IMG/VR virus record: IMGVR_UViG_3300024433_000001
Location: 1-58,212 of that record
DNA: 58,212 nucleotides
Reading direction: 5' to 3' (one strand)
Origin: a virus
Taxonomy: Duplodnaviria > Caudoviricetes
Shown here one piece after another: positions 54,112 through 58,212 of this stretch. A model generated the notes under the pieces. The model saw only the letters and a program-made list of their open reading frames with translations, did no database searches and was not told where the DNA came from. The translations under genes were made by a program, and so were the position numbers. Numbering within the stretch: the stretch's first letter is position 1; the number at the start of each line of letters is the position of its first letter.

Positions 54112-54717
54112 TTATATATGACAAACCTCTTTTAGCTTTACTGTGTCCATATCCCAAGGCATTACCAATGCGCCAATACGCCATTTGCCCCCCGATTTTA
54201 TTTCAAAGATTAGCGGGTGCAACAACAAGTTAGCTGGGCGGGTCCCTAACCATCTGCCGCCCTGGTCTGTGAACAACTGGATATAATCGAGACTTACAGC
54301 CAAAAGCGTAAAGAAATCTTTGGGGTTGTGATTCCGAAGTAGGCGCACAAGAATGTCCGCGTTATCGGGGTCCGATACCGGGTTTACTAAGTCAACAAAT
54401 TCAAGAACACAATAATCTTTGTACCGAAGACGAACGGACCGCATTAACTCTGTTATTGTAATTGGGCGGGTCGGCATTTTCGCCTTTTGACCAAACTTGA
54501 ATCCCCCACAATGGTCATAGCTGAATCGGCCACGGGATATGGCCTTTCGGAACTTCGGTGCGGTAAACGTCACCGGCAAATAATGGGTGTCAATAAGCCA
54601 ATGTCTATTTGTCAACCGACGCCCATCAAAGTATGTCTTATACTCTAGCTTGTTTATCCGCGTTTTTAGCACAATTGGTTTTCTTTCTATCTTCACCGCA
54701 CTGTTTGTAGCCATCAT
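54112..54717 (-). CDS. Hypothetical protein (201 aa)
   Basis: GGAGG RBS; tiles the operon. Confidence 0.6.
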   Translation of the reverse strand: MMATNSAVKIERKPIVLKTRINKLEYKTYFDGRRLTNRHWLIDTHYLPVTFTAPKFRKAISRGRFSYDHCGGFKFGQKAKMPTRPITITELMRSVRLRYKDYCVLEFVDLVNPVSDPDNADILVRLLRNHNPKDFFTLLAVSLDYIQLFTDQGGRWLGTRPANLLLHPLIFEIKSGGKWRIGALVMPWDMDTVKLKEVCHI

Positions 54718-55918
54718 TCAACAACCTCCATGCTGCCGCAGCCACTGCCGGAACCTGCCCATTGCCAAGGGCTTTAAGTCGGTCCACGCGATGGGCTATT
54801 TTCTGTGCAACACGAGGGATGGCAGCCTCCCAGGTTCCCTCCAGCCAAGCCGCTCTGCCGTATGATGGATAAATCTGTGGCACCAGATGCACAGGGTCTG
54901 CAAGTTCTCCAGCCTTATGTTCTTGTGATTTCCGTCGAGGTGGTGTGTCTGAAGTCGCCGTTTTATTCCACAAGCCTCGCAACTCTTCTTGCGATATTTG
55001 CTTGCCCGCCACAGCCAACCCGACTTGGATAAAGATTTCCTTGTGTTCGCACACGAAAGAGTGCAGTACTTTCGCCTCTTCCAAGCCCCCCAATCCTCCA
55101 GGCGCGTTCCGAACCTCTTGCGCCGCATCATTTTGCCGCATGTTTGGCACCGTTTCGGTTTTTCCACCTTTCGCCGCATGGGCTTCTCCTTGCCTGAACC
55201 CCCTAAGCCACTTGCTAAACGATAGCACGTTCATGGGGTCTAAGCAAGTCCAAAATTGCGGCCAGCCCATCAAAAGTTCGACCCACTCGGGATTCAACTG
55301 GCCCTTCTCGCCCGTCGCACGCTCCATCTGCTTGCGGAACTGACCACTTATCTGGCCATGCGTTTGTGGCCCTTCGCCCCCCACATTCGGGGTCGGGAAC
55401 GTCCGCCGGGTCGGTGTCCCACCAATGGATTTCCTGACAGCATCGTTCAGGGTGAAGGTCCGTTGCGGGTTGATTCGCCCCGGGTGTTGCCCGTATCTCT
55501 TGCCCTGTCCCGCGTCTGGCGTCAGCCACATGTGTACCGCCGTGCCGAGCTTGGGCGTTGATACCTTGCCCCCCGCTTTGCGCTTCTGAAAATTCGCGTC
55601 CCCGTCCGTCAGGGCCGTACTTCTCGGACTCGGCCATAATCCACAGCCTATTTCTCCGATGTGGCGCTCCCAACTCGGCTGCCGATAGACAACGCCATCG
55701 AGCATCATACCCGCTTTCGGCCAGGTCTCCGAGTATTTGTCCGAAATATCCGTGACTCCCGGCAAGCAGGTTTGGGACGTTCTCCAAGAATACGTATTGT
55801 GGTCGTACAATGCGAACCACTGCAATTGTTTCGGGCCACAGGTTTCGTTTGTCTGTCTCGCCTCTCCGGTTACCGGCACAGGACCAGGGTTGGCAGGGGA
55901 ATCCTGCCGTAAGGACAT
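54638..55918 (-). CDS. Second (beta) polypeptide of C5 methyltransferase in an overlapping frame
   Basis: WPSP/WLTP/FPTP repeats, GQLNPEWVELLMGWP (motif IX-like), RVDRLKALGNGQVP (motif X); AAGGA before ATG 55918. Confidence 0.7.
   Translation of the reverse strand: MSLRQDSPANPGPVPVTGEARQTNETCGPKQLQWFALYDHNTYSWRTSQTCLPGVTDISDKYSETWPKAGMMLDGVVYRQPSWERHIGEIGCGLWPSPRSTALTDGDANFQKRKAGGKVSTPKLGTAVHMWLTPDAGQGKRYGQHPGRINPQRTFTLNDAVRKSIGGTPTRRTFPTPNVGGEGPQTHGQISGQFRKQMERATGEKGQLNPEWVELLMGWPQFWTCLDPMNVLSFSKWLRGFRQGEAHAAKGGKTETVPNMRQNDAAQEVRNAPGGLGGLEEAKVLHSFVCEHKEIFIQVGLAVAGKQISQEELRGLWNKTATSDTPPRRKSQEHKAGELADPVHLVPQIYPSYGRAAWLEGTWEAAIPRVAQKIAHRVDRLKALGNGQVPAVAAAAWRLLNDGYKQCGEDRKKTNCAKNADKQARV
54796..55179 (-). 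CDS. HNH endonuclease nested inside the methylase beta ORF
   Basis: CEACG...THHLDGNHKNIRLENLQTLCIWCH; N-terminal CQTC/YC..SC zinc motifs; AAGGAG RBS. Confidence 0.8.
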   Translation of the reverse strand: MRRKVEKPKRCQTCGKMMRRKRFGTRLEDWGAWKRRKYCTLSCANTRKSLSKSGWLWRASKYRKKSCEACGIKRRLQTHHLDGNHKNIRLENLQTLCIWCHRFIHHTAERLGWREPGRLPSLVLHRK

Positions 55919-56138
55919 CAACCATTCCTTGATAGATTTCAGCGCATCCGTTTTCGATGAACGCACGCACATTACCGAAAATAGGCGCATCAGTAAGCAA
56001 TCCATCTTCGATCCGTTGTGCAATAACTTTTTGGCAAAAGCAGTCAATTTCTACGTAGCCTATCGTTGTCCAACCCAACAAATGTTGTGTGGCGAGCAGT
56101 CCGCCCCCTGCGCCACTGAATAAACTAAGCTCATACAT
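55215..56138 (-). CDS. DNA cytosine-5 methyltransferase, alpha polypeptide (motifs I-VIII)
   Basis: LSLFSGAGG, GFPCQPWS, FLENV, HRRNRLWI; lacks motif X; GAGG RBS before ATG 56138. Confidence 0.9.
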   Translation of the reverse strand: MYELSLFSGAGGGLLATQHLLGWTTIGYVEIDCFCQKVIAQRIEDGLLTDAPIFGNVRAFIENGCAEIYQGMVDVLTAGFPCQPWSCAGNRRGETDKRNLWPETIAVVRIVRPQYVFLENVPNLLAGSHGYFGQILGDLAESGYDARWRCLSAAELGAPHRRNRLWIMAESEKYGPDGRGREFSEAQSGGQGINAQARHGGTHVADARRGTGQEIRATPGANQPATDLHPERCCQEIHWWDTDPADVPDPECGGRRATNAWPDKWSVPQADGACDGREGPVESRVGRTFDGLAAILDLLRPHERAIV

Positions 56139-56400
56139 CCTCTGTTTTTTCCACTTCGATACCGACAACGGCATAACCGAACTTGTCTGCAATCCGCTCT
56201 TCTAATTTTTCGAGCATCCATTGGGTTACTTGAATGCCTTGACGGGTTACAAAACAGTGGCTTTTGGGTATCCAAATAGGATAAAGACACTCCTCAACTT
56301 TGGCAGAGTTCTGTGTCTCCCGATACCAATAGTTGACTGAAACCAGCAAACCCTTTTCAGTCTCATCCTCCACAACGGCATCAGTTAATGTCTGTTTCAT
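56131..56400 (-). CDS. Hypothetical protein (paralog of 49054..49323)
   Basis: MKQTL...ETEK.LLVS...LYPIWIPK...QGIQVTQW. Confidence 0.7.
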   Translation of the reverse strand: MKQTLTDAVVEDETEKGLLVSVNYWYRETQNSAKVEECLYPIWIPKSHCFVTRQGIQVTQWMLEKLEERIADKFGYAVVGIEVEKTEDV

Positions 56401-56424
56401 ATTATGTGACCCCCTTGTCGCCAA

Positions 56425-57282
56425 CTAAAACAATTCGTCCTTCATGGAATCATCGTTCTCCACCATCACCGATTCTGGTTCAGATGTTGCTTGTTCCGGC
56501 TGATCTGTAAGCTCGGGTTCGGGCAGAACCTCCGTAGTTTGGGTATCAAACTCCGTATCGGAACTTTGGTTCAAATCGGGCTGTCCCGACCCAAGCTGCT
56601 TCTCCAGATCCTCGAGCGTTGTAGGCGCATCAAATGGCTCATGGACTTCTTCTGCTACAACATCAATAGCTGCCGGCAGATCCCGGGCCTCTTCGGCGAT
56701 GTAAAGTCCTTTCAGCAAGTCAGGAAACGTGTCACGCAAGCAGAATCCACGTGGTCGGTAACGTAACATACGTTTTGGGTACGTAACCCAAGGTGTCGGT
56801 TGCCCAGTTTTCCCTGTTTTGCCCCAAAGCCCCGCCAGCTTGGCGTCTGCAATACTAAACTCAACCCTTACTGGTTTATCACGGCCTTTCCGTTTGGCTT
56901 CACAAACACCCCTGAAATCGTCATTCGGATACTCGCCCTCATACCATTCGTTGATATACTCGCAAAGGGGTGACGCCTCACAAAGGCCCTTTGCGGCATC
57001 GCCCCATACCGAAGGCCGACCGTTTATAACCGCAATGTTTTGTATACTTTGCATCGGAAGAAGCCCGATCTCGGCCCCCATCTGGATTGCGATAAGGACG
57101 CTCTCGGGCCGTTCCATTTGCTTGGGCGCGAAACCAGAAGCGACTACGTATTGGGCAAATCGATACATTGTACTCAAACTTGTTAGTTGTAACCCACGAG
57201 ACCCCGCCGCTATAAGCGCCTTTTCATTCGGCAGATTCTCTTTTGTCTCGCTTGGTTTAGGCATATCTACTTTTACAGCCAT
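56425..57282 (-). CDS. recT: RecT-like single-strand annealing protein
   Basis: GAEIGLLPMQSIQNIAVINGRPSVWG, AKLAGLWGK, PWVTYPKRML..R...LRDTFPD; acidic tail; next to YqaJ. Confidence 0.8.
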   Translation of the reverse strand: MAVKVDMPKPSETKENLPNEKALIAAGSRGLQLTSLSTMYRFAQYVVASGFAPKQMERPESVLIAIQMGAEIGLLPMQSIQNIAVINGRPSVWGDAAKGLCEASPLCEYINEWYEGEYPNDDFRGVCEAKRKGRDKPVRVEFSIADAKLAGLWGKTGKTGQPTPWVTYPKRMLRYRPRGFCLRDTFPDLLKGLYIAEEARDLPAAIDVVAEEVHEPFDAPTTLEDLEKQLGSGQPDLNQSSDTEFDTQTTEVLPEPELTDQPEQATSEPESVMVENDDSMKDELF

Positions 57283-57303
57283 GGTTGTCGTCTCCCTTAA
57301 CGT

Positions 57304-58212
57304 TTACTTGCCCACCTTCAACTTGCGCAAGACTCTAAACTGACTATCTTTTTGCTCGAATGGAATGTCCGTTGTAACCAAACGGTCAAGGTATTCATCC
57401 GCAACCGTGATTTTTCCTTTGCGCACTTGCGTTTTGAGGCTATACCGGACATTGCCAAACTCGCCAAATGTCGCATCGCCGATTTGTTCCTTGAACCAAT
57501 TCTCTAGCTCGATCTTCTCGGTCTCGAGCTTTTTCAGCATTGCCTTGATCTCGATTAGCCGTTTGTCCTGATTGACCGTATCAGACGATAAAGTTGCCGT
57601 GGCGCCGTTATCGTTCGGGTGTAGTAGGCATAACGTTTCCTTCGTTGATTTCGACCCGTCTACTGGCGGCGCAGTGCCGGTCTGAACCCGGTCCCAGAAT
57701 CGTTTAAGATGCTCCACGACCTTGAACAACAACCCATCCTGCCGATCAAAGTCTCGAGTGAAAAAGTCGCGGTTGCCAATCAAACCAGCTACCGACCCCC
57801 ATTTAAGGTTCAGAATCAACATCTGCGCCTGATTTTGAACTTGGTGGTGTAATGGCACAGACCCACCCCTCCAGTCCTTTGCGCTAAACTGACCAGAAGT
57901 CTTTAACTCGAGCGCGCCAAACCCTCGTTTACCGTCGTAAACAATCCTGTCGGGCGTACAAAACAGAAAATCCCAATCCGTACTTCTGCGGAATGCGAAC
58001 TCTCCAGGATCGTGTGTCCGCCGTCCCGTTTCGTCCTCGTAAAGCGTGGTAACAATTGGTTCCAAAAGGTGGCCCAACCGCATTGCAAGCGTCTCCCTAG
58101 CGTTAGGCAGGACGATCCCGCGCTTTTCGGCCCAGAGCGTATAGGGCGATTTGTATGGATTAAGCCCTAACGCAGTGGCGACTTCCGATGCGCCAATTCC
58201 CGCTTGGCGTTC
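57304..58212 (-). CDS. YqaJ-like viral recombinase/exonuclease (3' part; starts at 178 across the junction)
   Basis: GHLLEP, CTPDR, LELKT, QVQNQ motifs. Confidence 0.9.
   Translation of the reverse strand, partial: ERQAGIGASEVATALGLNPYKSPYTLWAEKRGIVLPNARETLAMRLGHLLEPIVTTLYEDETGRRTHDPGEFAFRRSTDWDFLFCTPDRIVYDGKRGFGALELKTSGQFSAKDWRGGSVPLHHQVQNQAQMLILNLKWGSVAGLIGNRDFFTRDFDRQDGLLFKVVEHLKRFWDRVQTGTAPPVDGSKSTKETLCLLHPNDNGATATLSSDTVNQDKRLIEIKAMLKKLETEKIELENWFKEQIGDATFGEFGNVRYSLKTQVRKGKITVADEYLDRLVTTDIPFEQKDSQFRVLRKLKVGK
58086..58212. repeat. Terminal direct repeat copy of 1-127
   Basis: Exact identity. Confidence 0.95.

Overview
This window is an apparently complete, circularly assembled dsDNA tailed-phage genome of about 58,085 bp. 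Bases 1-127 equal 58086-58212, and a YqaJ-type exonuclease gene reads in frame across the join. Morphology looks podovirus-like: terS/terL, portal, scaffold, major capsid, adaptors, a 1454-aa tail nozzle-like protein, internal virion proteins including a ~2840-aa polyvalent protein with a RadC-like JAB domain, an M15 endolysin, and no tape measure or sheath. Almost all genes are on the minus strand. A middle operon starts at an XRE regulator and runs through an HNH-AP2 endonuclease, YqaJ/RecT, a C5 methylase, a Rad50/SbcC-like ATPase, RusA, an N4/N6 methylase, a radical SAM protein, Gp37/Gp68 and a lambdoid-type replication initiator. A short plus-strand early region (38.8-42.4 kb) follows strong sigma70-like promoters. 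I recognised no integrase, DNA polymerase, tRNA, CRISPR array or reverse transcriptase. The most unusual observations are: (i) a C5 methyltransferase split over two overlapping frames, with an HNH nuclease gene nested inside the second; (ii) a thrice-repeated element with two alternative folds in front of early-gene RBSs, with evidence of gene shuffling; (iii) a ~3.8-kb gene-poor region packed with unrelated short repeat clusters and promoter-driven candidate ncRNAs; (iv) two parS-like palindromes in an integrase-less genome; and (v) a nine-fold domain expansion in the tail nozzle protein. All protein calls come from motif recognition by eye, not database searches.
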